A stretch of 63,469 nucleotides of DNA, the filler included, from Collodictyon triciliatum (lineage: Eukaryota): the NCBI GenBank assembly GCA_043381765.1. It is 33 parts of 33 records of this genome, joined end to end, with 100 filler letters (N's around TTAATTAATTAA, not from the genome) between each part and the next. Parts side by side here need not be neighbours in the genome. Positions count along the whole stretch, not along the records: positions 13,529 to 15,358 come from JBHJMP010010113.1; positions 15,459 to 17,288 come from JBHJMP010010114.1; positions 17,389 to 19,215 come from JBHJMP010010115.1; positions 19,316 to 21,144 come from JBHJMP010010116.1; positions 21,245 to 23,073 come from JBHJMP010010117.1; positions 23,174 to 25,001 come from JBHJMP010010118.1; positions 25,102 to 26,929 come from JBHJMP010010119.1; 26 more parts are not named here. One strand, given 5' to 3'. The notes under the pieces were generated by a model. It did not search any database, had not been told where the DNA came from, and worked only from the letters and a program-made list of their open reading frames with translations. Below, piece after piece: positions 13,740 through 26,645 of this stretch (the first letter of the stretch is position 1; every line of letters begins with the position of its first letter). The translations under genes and the position numbers were made by a program.

Positions 13740-15218
13740 AGATTCAGCTTCTGGATGTGAGCAACTGCGGTATTCGTGAAATCGAGCCCTGGTCTAAGGA
13801 CGAACTCAAATCGTTGACAGAACTCAATCTGGAAAAGAATGCACTAGAGAATTTATCTGGACTTGTTGGCTTCCCTCAACTTGTTGTTTTGCGTCTATCC
13901 CATAATAGGATAGAAGCCTCTGGGTGCTGTCGATTCGATATATCCTTATGATATATCTTTTTACTTCAAGATTATCCAAACGATATATATCATATCTGTT
14001 GAAGTCTTTGCCCTTTTTTTAAAAAATTTTAAAGACAAGAAATTAATTAAAGCGCTTTGAGGTTACCATCCCTTAACATCCTACGAGAAGCCCAATCGAA
14101 GCTGGGGTTTCTGTAATCTGCAAAATCTGCGATACCTTCACATGCAATACAATCTAATATCAAGCATCAGCAGCGCACAGTTTTCATATCTTCTCAACTT
14201 GCGTGTTTTGGATTTGGAAGGAAACAACATCACTAAGGTTGGTATTTATTTATCCTTGAAAACCCCTCCCATCATCCTGTATCGTAAAGGACTTCTTTTT
14301 TTTTTCTAGTCTTTTGGTAATGTATTTAAAGTCAAAACTTTCTCAGATATATTCTCTCATCCACTTCCAGATTGTGAATTCAGGCTTTAAGCAGTAATAA
14401 ATGAGCCAACTGTTCATGGATATTTTCGTAAATCTTATTTTTCTAAATTTATTTTTTCCAAGATTGAAGGATTGGACGATTTGCAGTTACTCCAGGAACT
14501 TAACTTATCAAAGAACAAGATTAGATTGTTTGATGGGCAATCAATCCAGCACTTACCCCATCTGCACAAATTATACCTAGAGTATGGCCATATCAATCAC
14601 AATTATATTTTATCTTTGCACGTATGAGCGGCATCATGCTGTTGTATCGCAAAGATATCTTCATCAGTACATTTTCCATTTGCCATCGAGAATTTACTTC
14701 GGTATCGTGAATTGTATTTATTTATATTCACATGATGTACTATTACTAAAAATGAATAATGGCCGATACTAGTGAAAACTCCATCAAAGGATGTAACAAT
14801 ATGCAGCTTATTACACAACTTACGACTCTATCTCTATCCAATAATCGAATCAGCGACCTGTCTGAACTTGAGGCAATTTATTTTGATTGCTGATAGTTTT
14901 TTTTTTAAAAAAAAAACAACAACATATCTCTGGTTCAGCAAATCTGGCTTTGAATAATTAAAAATAATTACATTTTACCTCATTATTTTGTATTATTATA
15001 TGTTTTTTTTCTCTTCGTATTCCAAGGTAAAGCAAAATATTTATTTCTATTGCTTATACCCTAGAACTTTGAATTCTGCTCTATCAACGACATCTTCATC
15101 TCACAAAACGCTGTCACAAGAAAGCCCATGTTTCGCTTGGTTTTCTTGTGCAAGGCACCGCATTTAATGTCCATCGACGGTAAACCTGTGACGCTTGAAG
15201 AACGTGAGCGCGCAGAGG
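13740..15218 (+). CDS. SDS22-type leucine-rich-repeat protein with LRRcap, LRRC9-like; multi-exon fragment
   Basis: LTELNLEKNALENLSGLVGFPQLVVLRLSHNRI; LRVLDLEGNNITK-IEGLDDLQLLQELNLSKNKI; NAVTRKPMFRLVFLCKAPHLMSIDGKPVTLEERERAE. Confidence 0.7.
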
Positions 15219-15262
15219 TTCGTGTTTATTTTGAATGGTGTCAGTCAACAACAAAAAAAAAA

Positions 15263-15358
<96 letters not shown>

Positions 15359-15745
15359 NNNNNNNNNNNNNNNNNNNNNNNNNNNNNNNNNNNNNNNNNN
15401 NNTTAATTAATTAANNNNNNNNNNNNNNNNNNNNNNNNNNNNNNNNNNNNNNNNNNNNTGTATGTATGTATGTATGTATGTATGTATGTATGTATGTATG
15501 TATGTATGTATGTATGTATGTATGTATGTATGTATGTATGTATGTATGTATGTACTCTTGAATGATGAAAACGAGTCACAAAAAGTAATTTATATGATTA
15601 TAAACTATCTAAACTACTGATAAGAAAATAAGGAGAGAAAATAAGAACTTTTTTTTAAAAAAAATCCTTCATCTGCCAGCACCTCCACCACCCTGCACAA
15701 AATTGAGAGGAATAAAATAAAAAAATCCTCCATCTCTTTCCAGAT

Positions 15746-15786
<41 letters not shown>

Positions 15787-16549
15787 TTATCTGTCCTACA
15801 TACAACGCTTATTTTTCAAAATATTCAAATTAAAAGAGAAGCAGCCCGAGATATCGGAAGCAACCTCACAGATCCCACAGTTCTTTCGTTTTTATTGTTT
15901 TTGAACAATTTCACCTGGGCTGTGGAACCCATTTGAAAGTGGAGCACTCTTCAAAGTTCCATAGGAAAGATTAGGATGATATTTAGTCACTTTGGAATAG
16001 CTCCATTGGTATCCTCTCAACAAATACGGAGGCATCATACCGATAACTTCCCTGAGAGCGCAATACATAGAACTATTGCGTGAAGTTTAGCATTTGCATG
16101 GTCATATGCCACAATTGGTTTAATGTTTCTGGAAAAAGGTGTAATCATTACCACGCCAAGGGAAAGTTTTCAACGAGGGATTTGAAGTCCCAGGTGTCCT
16201 GTTGATGAGTTACCTGTCGATAAAGCCGGGAAAATTATTTACTTTACCCATATTTTTTTGGGCAAACCGTCATTATTGCATGCGTTATTGATAATATTTA
16301 TGTTATATAAGTAAAATCGTTATTTCGGCCAAAGTAGTACTTTCGATTGGGAGTCCAAAATGCAAACAGTGAACATTCTTAAGCAGAAAGTCATATTTAT
16401 CCACAAGAGCTAAACATATTTCATTTTATAACCCAGTAGAAAAGGGCATCCCACTTTTATATGGATGTAGCAAGTTTCTCCTTACAATCAGGGAGCTAAA
16501 ATGTCCAAGATAACATCTTATTTTTATATAAGAGCGTTTTTAGGGCAAA

Positions 16550-16817
16550 CCTTCATATTAAATTCTAGAATCATATCCAACGTCAATCTACTCTTGCTCT
16601 TATTTCCAAATGCTTGATATTCCTTGACTCGCACTCGGTGAAAAATGGATGAGAGTCCAAGAAAAGTTGAACGAATATTATCCACACCTTTGATCCGCAT
16701 AACCGGATTCTCGTAAATGGCATCTCCACGATAACTCTCAAAGGTTTTTTCCAATTCAGCACAGTCGTCACATGGGCTCTGGTATAACCCAACTACTCCT
16801 TTTGCAAGTGCATCCAT
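16550..16817 (-). CDS. SnoaL/NTF2-like fold protein exon
   Basis: YRGDAIYENPVMRIKGVDNIRSTF fits the Y..DA.F.DP....G...I motif of SnoaL-like domains. Confidence 0.6.
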
Positions 16818-17388
16818 ACTGATTTTCTATAATGCAAGATTGAGAGAATGATAGCGACTATTCTTAAAAGTTGATATTACATTAAAGCAGCAATGCACAG
16901 TTATTTTCGTTATTCTCATAATGATAAATAGAGGCCCCACACTACTTAATTGTTTACTTTTGTATAAAATAGCAGTGCATAAAATATCCAGCAAGTTGTT
17001 ATATTTTATACTGTAATCTGAAGCATTTTAAAACAGCCATCGGTGTCATACTCACTGAATGTTATATATTATTCATGATTTTTTTCCTTCAAAATATCTA
17101 CGTTCATTCCTTGTGCAAATACCCCTTATAAACCCCAAGCTTTCTCGTAGCTTGCCCATCCACAAATAATCATACGGAATTACCGACTTCCTAATTTCGA
17201 TAGGCGGCCAAAAAACCAAAAAACCAAAAAACCAAAAAACCAAAAAACCAAAAAACCAAAAAACCAAAAAACCAAAAAACCAAAAAACNNNNNNNNNNNN
17301 NNNNNNNNNNNNNNNNNNNNNNNNNNNNNNNNTTAATTAATTAANNNNNNNNNNNNNNNNNNNNNNNNNNNNNNNNNNNNNNNNNNNN

Positions 17389-17474
<86 letters not shown>

Positions 17475-19479
17475 TTTTTCTTCTCTTTTCTTTTGTTTTC
17501 TTCTCTTCTCTTTTTTTTATTTTTTCTTCTCTTCTCTTTTGTTTTCTTCTCTTTTCTGTTTTGTTTTCTTCTCTTCTCTTTTCTTCTGTTTTCTTCTCTT
17601 CTCTTTTCTTCTGTTTTCTTCTCTTCTCTTTTCTTCTGTTTTCTTCTGTTTTCTTCTCTTTTTTCTTTCTTCTTTTTTCTTTCTTCTTTTTTCTTTCTTC
17701 TTTTTTCTTTCTTCTTTTTTCTTTAATATTTTCATCTTTCATTATAGTCCTTTCAATTTGCGCGACATAGTGAAGGATTTGGCTTGGATTGGTAGCCATC
17801 GATTGCATGGACTCTACTAGGTTGCTATTTATCCAGTGAAGCAAACTGTAATAAAAAATTGTTCCATGTGCATAGGCCTGTAGGCTGGATCTTGTGCTTG
17901 CATGAGAGAGGCAAGGTCTATTCTCTTTCCCGGTTTTTATTTTGCATAGGTTATTCAACACCAGATGTCTTCATATGCTTCGCTTCACGTGTATGTATCC
18001 CTGGAGGAATAAGCATGCTTGACTAATATCACTTTGATATGTATATATCCCTACTAAATCTCAGTGTGTAGTCTATGGCCAGCTTTGTATCCTTCACAAA
18101 GGATTAGCGATCATCGATGCATTATATCCAACAGCGTGCATTTAGTGATATGTTTCATATATAGGTACACCGGTTCATTTATTTTAAAATTATTTACATT
18201 CCTGTGTATGTCTTTCTCTGCCTCTTATAAGATTACTTTCTTTTTTCTGTATGTCATTCTTGCTGATTTTATTTTATTTTATTTTCGACTAATTTTTATT
18301 TTATTTTCCACTCTTTTTTTTCTTTATTACGAACCACAATATCTACACTCACAAAAGCAAGGTTTTCTTTCCTCATTGTCTTTGATATCCCACAAATTTG
18401 TTTCCTCATAAGCCTTTTCCAAAAAAAAAATAATAAATGATTTACTATGCTTAAGTCTCTCAGAATAATAAATCATTTGAAATATCTTATTGGAGTATGA
18501 ATAATATTTTGGTAATTCATAGATAAAAGATTGGTTTTGTTGCACAAGCCCTTGATGCTTAAAGATTATTAGTTGTGTATTGCTCTTGCTGCTTCATTTG
18601 AACGGTACATATCAAGGTTGTCCTCTATCCCTTTGCTACTTTTATTTATTTTGTCTTATTTTTTTGCTTGAAATAGTAACAGGATATGTTTTTATTCAAT
18701 CAGAGCAAGCATCGCTTTCCTACATGATAATCTTGTAGTAATATGAGCTGTAAAGTGGATCGTATCCCCAGAGAAAGAGACCCACACTATTATTCGCGTA
18801 AATTGTATACGTTAACGATTGCACATAAAGCACAATTTTTTTTTATAATCAAATTTCTGCTTTCTTTAATTTCGTGTGCTTATGTCTTAATTTAACGCAT
18901 ATTTTATTGCACTATCGTGTTTTCCCTTTTTATGTACAACAATATGTATTGTGCACTCAGCCTTGTTTGTTCCATTACGCTGTCTTCAACTTCATTACGC
19001 TATTACTAAATAATTTTTGGTCAGTCGGTCTCGTTTCCTGATTGTTACCTTGACCTGATGACCTTCTTTTATCGCTTTCCATCGCCTTCCATCGCGCTTT
19101 GGCTTCAATTGTTTCTCATTCAATCATTTTACCCTTGTTAAAACAGGGGCTTCTATAATCAAAAAATTAAGCAAAATCAATGTATGGACCTTTGCTATAA
19201 CAAAAAACTGCGCATNNNNNNNNNNNNNNNNNNNNNNNNNNNNNNNNNNNNNNNNNNNNTTAATTAATTAANNNNNNNNNNNNNNNNNNNNNNNNNNNNN
19301 NNNNNNNNNNNNNNNTTATTTTTTGTTTTTATTTTTTGTTTTTATTTTTTGTTTTTATTTTTTGTTTTTATTTTTTGTTTTTATTTTTTGTTTTTATTTT
19401 TTGTTTTTATTTTTGTTTTTATTTTTGTTTTTATTTTTGTTTTTATTTTTGAGAGAAACGAAGTTATTGTTAGATAGTG

Positions 19480-21000
19480 CTTACGCTGGAAGTAGACCCT
19501 TGGGGCGGTTGTGACTGCGCTTGGGTTTGTGGTCGTTGCTGTATGTTATTTTACATCAAAGGATATGAAATGAAATGACAATCAAAAATATGAAAACAAA
19601 TAACCTTATGTAAATGCCACAGAGGATGTAAAATACGATTTTAGCTCTTAATATTAATGATACGAAGAAATGGTTCTACATCGGCCGGTTGGGTCGAGTG
19701 TGGGGCGGTCTGGGCGTTGCCTGTCGCTCCGGTAATAGGAAAAGGAAAGTTGAAGTTGACTTGAGCCTGAGTTCGTGTTTGTGACTGTGGCTGTGATTGC
19801 GATTGACCTAACATTATACACATAAAAATGATGTCGATGAGCGTTCCATTCGAGGGGATGAATACTTAAATATGCAAGCTTCCGTTCTTATAGCCTGCTT
19901 TGTGAAAACACGGTCGGAAACAATTATTTCCATAAATAAAATGTACTCCAAGTTTTGTATTCGTGGTCCATCATATACCTGCTCTGATTCCTTGAGCCTG
20001 AGCCTGAGCCTGAGCCTGAGCTACAGCTTGCGCATGAGCCCTGGCATGTGCTTGGGCGTGAGCTTGGGCGTGAGCTTGAGCGTGAGCTTGAGCTTGAGCT
20101 TGGGCACTTGTGTCAGGAATCGGCTGGACATGGGCTTCTATTCCCACAGACAGCGTCGGGATTGACGCAGTGACAACCTGGAGATGCACGGTAAATTAAA
20201 TGTTTATACAAGATGTACAAATTCGTGTATGAAAACGAAAATGAGCTTGATCAGTGATTACAGTGGCACGTCGAGGAACAGGATTGGTCACGTATGGTGC
20301 GAGGCTGGAGAATGCTGCGCCCATATTGCCCATCGCTGGCCCTAAATGACTTAAAGTAGAAGGGATATTACAAATAGGTTGAATAAGAATGTATGTGAAT
20401 GTCTCATGTATGTGTTATGCGCGCTATATTATATGTCATCACGCGTGCAGAGGAAAAGAAAAATACACTCAAAAAATGAAAATAATGATAGAAAGTATTT
20501 TTGGTGTTCATTCTTTTGAGAAGTAGAAAAAATGACTTTGGTCTAAAATAGAATGGTCAGTACCTGGAAAGCATCCTCATCTCATATCGCTCATCAGATG
20601 ACAGGGTCTCATTGTTTCGAAGAAGAGTCATGAGACGGGGCACATGATTCTATACGAAAAGGGTGTTAGTAAAAATCATTTCAGGATATCAAATGCTGAA
20701 GGAAAATAAATCAAGAAGAGCCCAGTGAACATGCATGAAAGATCCAGACAAACCAGCAAGGCGTCAACCGAGTGAGTCAAGTGACTTAAAACGCCATTCA
20801 AAGTGTTCTGGAGCAAATATTAATGAGGGAGGTGATATGTCTTCATTAAAATGAAATGTGTCTTAAACATGCCTATGAAGAACATATCAAGAAAAATAGA
20901 CAGGCTGGTCTAGAAAAAAATTGTGGAGATTGCATAACACAACCGCACCTCCTCATGCTCATCTTGCATTTCCTCCTATAACATGTGAATGTATCGAATT
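19480..21000 (-). CDS. Multi-exon low-complexity (Gln/Ala-rich) protein fragment, possibly BAG6-like
   Basis: Exon-like stretches HVPRLMTLLRNNETLSSDERYEMRMLSR; PAMGNMGAAFSSLAPY; AQAQAHAQ repeat. The family call is weak. Confidence 0.3.
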
Positions 21001-21244
21001 AGTTAAACATCACTCATATAAGATCGCCATCGATTTGAGTGAGAAAGAGAGTGAGTGAGTGAGTGAGTGAGTGAGTGAGTGAGTGAGTGAGTGAGTGAGT
21101 GAGTGAGTGAGTGAGTGAGTGAGTGAGTGAGTGAGTGAGTGAGTNNNNNNNNNNNNNNNNNNNNNNNNNNNNNNNNNNNNNNNNNNNNTTAATTAATTAA
21201 NNNNNNNNNNNNNNNNNNNNNNNNNNNNNNNNNNNNNNNNNNNN

Positions 21245-23055
21245 CGCTGCCAGGAAAGACCCGACAGCCTGTTTTTTAGAGGAAGGTGTATGCATATTTT
21301 GAAGGATTAAAAGAACTTTGTTGAGTATATTCTTAGCGCTGTTAAAGTCCCTTGTTGAGAATGCATTTTGTTTGCTCTATGAGCGATAGCATTCTTTACA
21401 TATGAGACATATAAAACTTTTTTTTTGTATTTTCTTTCGGCTTCATATATTCCAGTTCTTATTCGCAGTTGCAGCACATCTTGGAGGTTCTAAATCCATC
21501 TACACTAACTGGTTCAAAACGTTTGATAGTATTTTTCGTAATCATCTTCTGATTGTTGGCATAAAATGTTTCATCGGACATTTTCTGCTCCAGTCTCCAT
21601 ACGCCAGTAAAACATCCTTGCCAAATGTCTTTTCGATTCAGTCCATAAACAACTGTTCGCTTCTATTTGTATTAACATGCTGTCTCCATCTCATCTTTCG
21701 AAAAGTCACGTGTTCATAAAATCTGGATAATTCTATCTGGTACCTCGATTTCATATACATATTTTTGAAACTTTTTTTCATAATCGACCGTGCATGAATT
21801 ATGTCTATTCATTTCTGTCTCTAAATCGATTAAAGATACTCTTGATGCCTCAAACTGCTGATTTTCTTCAAAAGTCATTTGAACAAAAGAAACAGCACTT
21901 TGTAAATCTGTTGCCATATATACCCCTGAAGTCTCGTATTTTTTTCTTTTTTCTCGCGCAAGAGTATTTTGTGATTTTAAAGAGTTTGCTATCATGTCTT
22001 CTTTGGTGTGTCGTGTAATGTAATTTCTTACCTGTCTCATCCATCATGTAAACCAAATTAAACTTGCCTGCATCCACTACAACTATTTTTTTTCGCTAAT
22101 AAAGATAACTGCTCTTCAGAAGTTCATGTATATAGATAAATTCTTAGGTTTTTTTTTGATTATATTGGAATTTGAATTTGAAATACATTTCTTTTCAAAC
22201 GATTATAACACTACCGAGCCGTCTGTTTGTATCATGTATTTAAAATTGTAGTCTCTTTGATTATAGACTCTCTTCTTCATTTCAAAGAAATCATCCCATA
22301 GCGTCTCTTTGCATCTTGATATATTCTTCATTAATGTTGTTTTTCCAGATGGTACTAACAGATCTATCAAACATGCAGTATCTAGACTAATATGACATGA
22401 TATATTGTTAGCTCTTATAGAGATTGGTTGAAACAGTTTGGTTCCAATGCCTCAAAAATGTGATTCATGTAAATAAGACATGGAATGTACTTATTTGGAT
22501 TGACTTGATATCGTATTCGATACCATTTACAATATCGCTGGGAATGATATGATGCAAATGCGTTTTAGCCCATCCTTTATATTGTTATGGTATCTCGAGA
22601 TTCTTGAAGATAGCTTTTTTTTAAGTTTCGTAACTCTGCTTTTTTAATAGCTTCCGTCATATTCTTATCTACAGGAACTGTTTGGTTTATAAAGCGCAGT
22701 AATCTCTTTACAAAATGTACCTTAATGTTATTATGATAAGCTGCTAACATTTGCTTCGCCAAGTACGGTAATACATGGGACAGTCCAACCAACGGAAAGC
22801 GTCCTTCTCGGGACAAAAGGAATCGAAAATCATGGAGATACAAAAATCATTATGTCATCTCTCATTTCTGATTTTTTTTTCTTTTTTTAATCTTGCGAAT
22901 CTACCTTGTGAAACTATTCCGGCTGTCTTAAAAGCGTGAAAAAAAAAAACATTTAATCGATTGTTCGGAGTTGTTGTGATTTCATTATGTAACATCTTGC
23001 AAACAGATAAGTGTCGGTAACCAAATTACGACACAATAAAACCGCATCGTTTTTT
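21245..23055 (-). pseudogene. Fanzor1-type (TnpB-family) RNA-guided RuvC endonuclease pseudogene
   Basis: Read across frameshifts: NDAVLLCRNLVTDTYLFARCYI...KLFQPISIRANNISCHISLDTACLIDL...FKYMIQTDG...IVVVDAGKFNLVYMMDETGKKLHYTTHQRRHDS (RuvC-I D at 22072-22074)...FYEHVTFRKMRWRQHVNTNRSEQLFMD*IEKTFGKDVLLAYGDWSRKCPMKHFMPT...VSVDGFRTSKMCCNC...CLICKEC...RDFNSAKNIL (RuvC-III D at 21347-21349). Several stops and frameshifts. Confidence 0.9.
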
Positions 23056-23173
23056 TTTTTTTTTCATATTAATNNNNNNNNNNNNNNNNNNNNNNNNNNN
23101 NNNNNNNNNNNNNNNNNTTAATTAATTAANNNNNNNNNNNNNNNNNNNNNNNNNNNNNNNNNNNNNNNNNNNN

Positions 23174-24718
23174 AGTTCACAGAGCATATTAGACTCAGCA
23201 GGTGGGGTATCGGCTCTGGCATCACAAAGTTCGAAGAGAATATAAACAAATTATCGGATTGCTTCGAAAATACACAATTCTTGGACATTGAGTTAGTTTC
23301 AAAGATTCCTGATTCCGCAAGATACCATCCCATCGTGGGTATTCCAGAAAGCAACGCTCTTTTTTCAAAATTTTACAAGGAGTTTCTGGAAAAAGTAATG
23401 AATGGTGACCAAATTACCTTTGACTCTATCCAAGGGTTTACAAAACGCCTCGATAAAAATTGGTTTGAGCCACTGGTGCCAGAGCTAAACACGTTCATGA
23501 CGCGTATTTCTGAATTGGATATTGACGTCATTCTATTTAATGAATGGAGCCAAGACAGTATTGACGTTATGGCAAATTTCAAGAGCATTCTGGACTCTTG
23601 CCGACATTGTCTGCCTGAAAGTATCGCTAATGTTCCTGTAAATCTTAGGGAACTCTACAGCAATTTCCATAATCTCTACGAGCGCTCACAGAAGATTATG
23701 GGGATTATAGACACAATCAAGACTCACAAGCTAATGCAGCTACCTGCAGAAGCTGAAGAGGCAAGTAGTATAATCAGAATGTGGATAGAACTTTACCAAA
23801 AAATACCTGAAGAATCAAAGTATGCTTTGTTTCCACCACGATGTTCTCTAACACTTCGTCAAGTAGGAAGAGAATGGAAGATATGGATGAAAGATGACTT
23901 GGCTATTGAAACACAAACCATAGAGACAGAAAAGTTTAACTCCATATCTGGGGTTGTAGAGTTTTTTGGAAGTTTGCACTCTGAGAGTAAAGATGGAGAT
24001 ATTTCAGATTTAATTAATTTTTGTCGCTCCAGATTGGATGATTCAGATAATGAAAAAAAGGATTTGATCGAAAAGGCCAGAGAAGTATGGCCTGAAGTTC
24101 GTTTGATAGCTGAATATAATGGGTCCCCGGATAAGACCCTTCCCCAAATGTTCCGAGCGTGGTCGTCCTTGACAAAAATGTCACAAAATCCTAAACTAAA
24201 CCTAAGTAGCGAGGAACTAAATGTTCTGGGTGAACTTTTGAGAGGGGTGTTTAATGCAGAAGCAAAGAAAGCCATGGATAGCATGAAACAAATAAAATCG
24301 GTGACAATTCTTGATTATCTCTACATAATCATCAGACTTCGTGCAACTCATTTTATTTAAATTTTCTTTAGCTTCAGTCGCTTTATTTGCTCTATTATTC
24401 ACCAAAGATAATTTAATAAATTAGACATGCAACTTTTGCATCGATATGCAATATGATGCCGAAAAGGGTGCACCTCTTCGAGTCAAACGCAAGGAAGAAT
24501 ACTCATCCGAAAAAGAGAGCCTGCCCATATCTGATATTCATCAACTTCGTCAGCTTTACGAAAAAGTGAACCTAATCATTAGCGCCGGAACAAAAGTTCA
24601 TAAGTCGGAGGATTCTGGAGACCAGGAAGCAGAGAACTTTATCAGAGTACTGGAACCACTTTTTGAATACACGATCATTCTGGTAGATTTGAAGAAAGAT
24701 GGCCATCCTCATTACCAG
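23174..24718 (+). CDS. Internal fragment of a large helical protein, possibly RNF213-like
   Basis: 359-aa open exon plus a second exon ending FIRVLEPLFEYTIILVDLKKDGHPHYQ|gt. The L..L...GHP.Y motif recalls the region before the AAA+ domain of RNF213-like proteins (inference). Confidence 0.4.
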
Positions 24719-24738
24719 GTTTCACTTTGCTTTATGAT

Positions 24739-24814
24739 TTTATTTTTTATTCTTCTTTTCAATTTTGTGCAGGATGGTGAAGATGTTGGCTTTGGTTCGC
24801 TAGCCATCGTTTGC
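24739..24814 (-). mobile_element. 76-bp 5'-truncated LINE copy with a perfect 16-bp target-site duplication, inside an intron
   Basis: Matches the 3' end of the LINE at ~47965-48040; CACTTTGCTTTATGAT flanks it at 24723-24738 and 24815-24830; A-rich tail. Confidence 0.9.
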
Positions 24815-25101
24815 CACTTTGCTTTATGATATTCTCAATAGATAGATAATACCCTTATATGCAAATTCAGTTTTATGTGTTTGATGTAGCAGATATTGGA
24901 TGAAATAAGTTCAAATATGGAGTGATTAAACTTCGCATGAATAGGCCCACAGCGAAGTGATGGAAGGGAATATGAACCCACACTATATCGAAAACAAGAT
25001 TNNNNNNNNNNNNNNNNNNNNNNNNNNNNNNNNNNNNNNNNNNNNTTAATTAATTAANNNNNNNNNNNNNNNNNNNNNNNNNNNNNNNNNNNNNNNNNNN
25101 N

Positions 25102-25192
<91 letters not shown>

Positions 25193-25683
25193 AAAAAAAA
25201 GGGGAAAAAAAGGGGAAAAAAAAAGGAAAAAAGCGCGTTGGTTGGTTCGATTTTCAATATTTTAACACGATTTGGTGAGCGCGTCAAAAAAGTTTACTGT
25301 TATCGAGGGTCTTCAATTCGACATGAACGCTCGCGCCTTCTTTTTCTTCTTTTCTCATACCCCTCCCACGTTTCCGGGTCGCGCACGCCCAATGCGAAGC
25401 AGATCAACCCGCAAACGCGTTTGCATCCGTGTCAATTTTCTTTTCCTCTTCGCCCAACTTCCGTCCCATTCCATCTCTTTTGGTAGCACCACTGCCACCG
25501 TGCGCTGTGAAGCATGGAATCGGATAAGGCTACGCATTCCCCGCGCATTCCACGAAAGCGCCGCGGAACTACTGCGTCTTGTTCACACCCTCAATTGGAA
25601 ACCGAGCGAAACCAACGGCAGATGCGCGCCTTCAGGAATTAGCCTGTGGTTTCTGGAGCGGGAGGCAGGAAGTGTTTATCGCT

Positions 25684-26645
25684 CTAGACAGAGGGTGCTG
25701 GACTTTCTTTGGGGAGGAAAAGCGAGAGATAGACTTGGGCATCAGCATTGGCCGGGATGGGTACGGTTGCAAGCACAGCAGACTCTGCTGTGCGGGTGCG
25801 CTTCGGCGCCTCGGATGCCTCTGCTGCGTCTGGATTGGGTCCCGCCGAGTCACGTCTCTGCTTGTCTTTGCCTTTCTCCTTCTTGCTCTTTTTTTCGCCG
25901 GCCTTTTCTGCCTCCAGTTGCTCTCGCAGCTTCTTGACCTGCGAAAAAGCGCAAACAATGTTTTCTTTTTCTTCCATGGTACTCTACTTTATCTTGACTA
26001 GTTTTCAGGCATGTTCATTACGCTGATCCACAAGATGGGGCTCGAAATAAACCGATACCTCTTCCTCGGGTCCGTTGACTGTCCACACGTCTTGCAGGGC
26101 GAACGGGGTCTGGCAGACAAGGCATGTCTCTGTGGGAACACAACGCAGAGCCTGGTCCAGAATGACATGTCCACATGACTTCAAACAAACCACGCGGTGT
26201 TGGCCAGTGAGTTCCCGTTGCGTAATCGGGCAGATCCACTCACCTCCTTTGCCATCTGCAGAGTGCGGGTGAATCTCCACAACATCCTGGCGACGCCGGT
26301 GGTCATTCAAGAGGTGGGGGTACGAGAAGGCATTCAACATATATGAATAGGAAATTAAATATAAAAGAGACAAGAGGAATGTAATACAAATAATAGAATA
26401 CACTGACTGAAAATTAAAACCAGAGTAAAATAGCAGAATGAGAAAGAGAAAGAGAAAGAGAAAGAGAAGTTTCTGAACAAACCTTTAATTTTGTAATGTG
26501 ACTCAGTTCTGAAGGTAGGGACTTTTTCAGAAGACTTTGGATGACTGCTTCCTTGTTATACAAAAAACCCAAGCGACATACAACAATTGGGTGGCGCAAA
26601 TGCTCCTGAGAGATTTTGCATACCGTCCAATTCGCTCGTTTCTGT
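25684..26645 (-). CDS. RTF2: Replication termination factor 2 (Rtf2), 5' end missing, multi-exon
   Basis: RANWTVCKISQEHLRHPIVVCRLGFLYNKEAVIQSLL...LSHITKLK-DVVEI...WICPITQRELTGQHRVVCLKSCGHVI...CLVCQTPFALQDVWTVNGPEEE and a Lys-rich tail ending PANADAQVYLSLF. Confidence 0.9.

Noticed and set aside
21360-21650. Alternative genetic code explaining the stops in the Fanzor gene
   Set aside because: TGA, TAA and TAG all occur together with frameshifts, while host and viral genes read cleanly in the standard code; decay is the simpler explanation.
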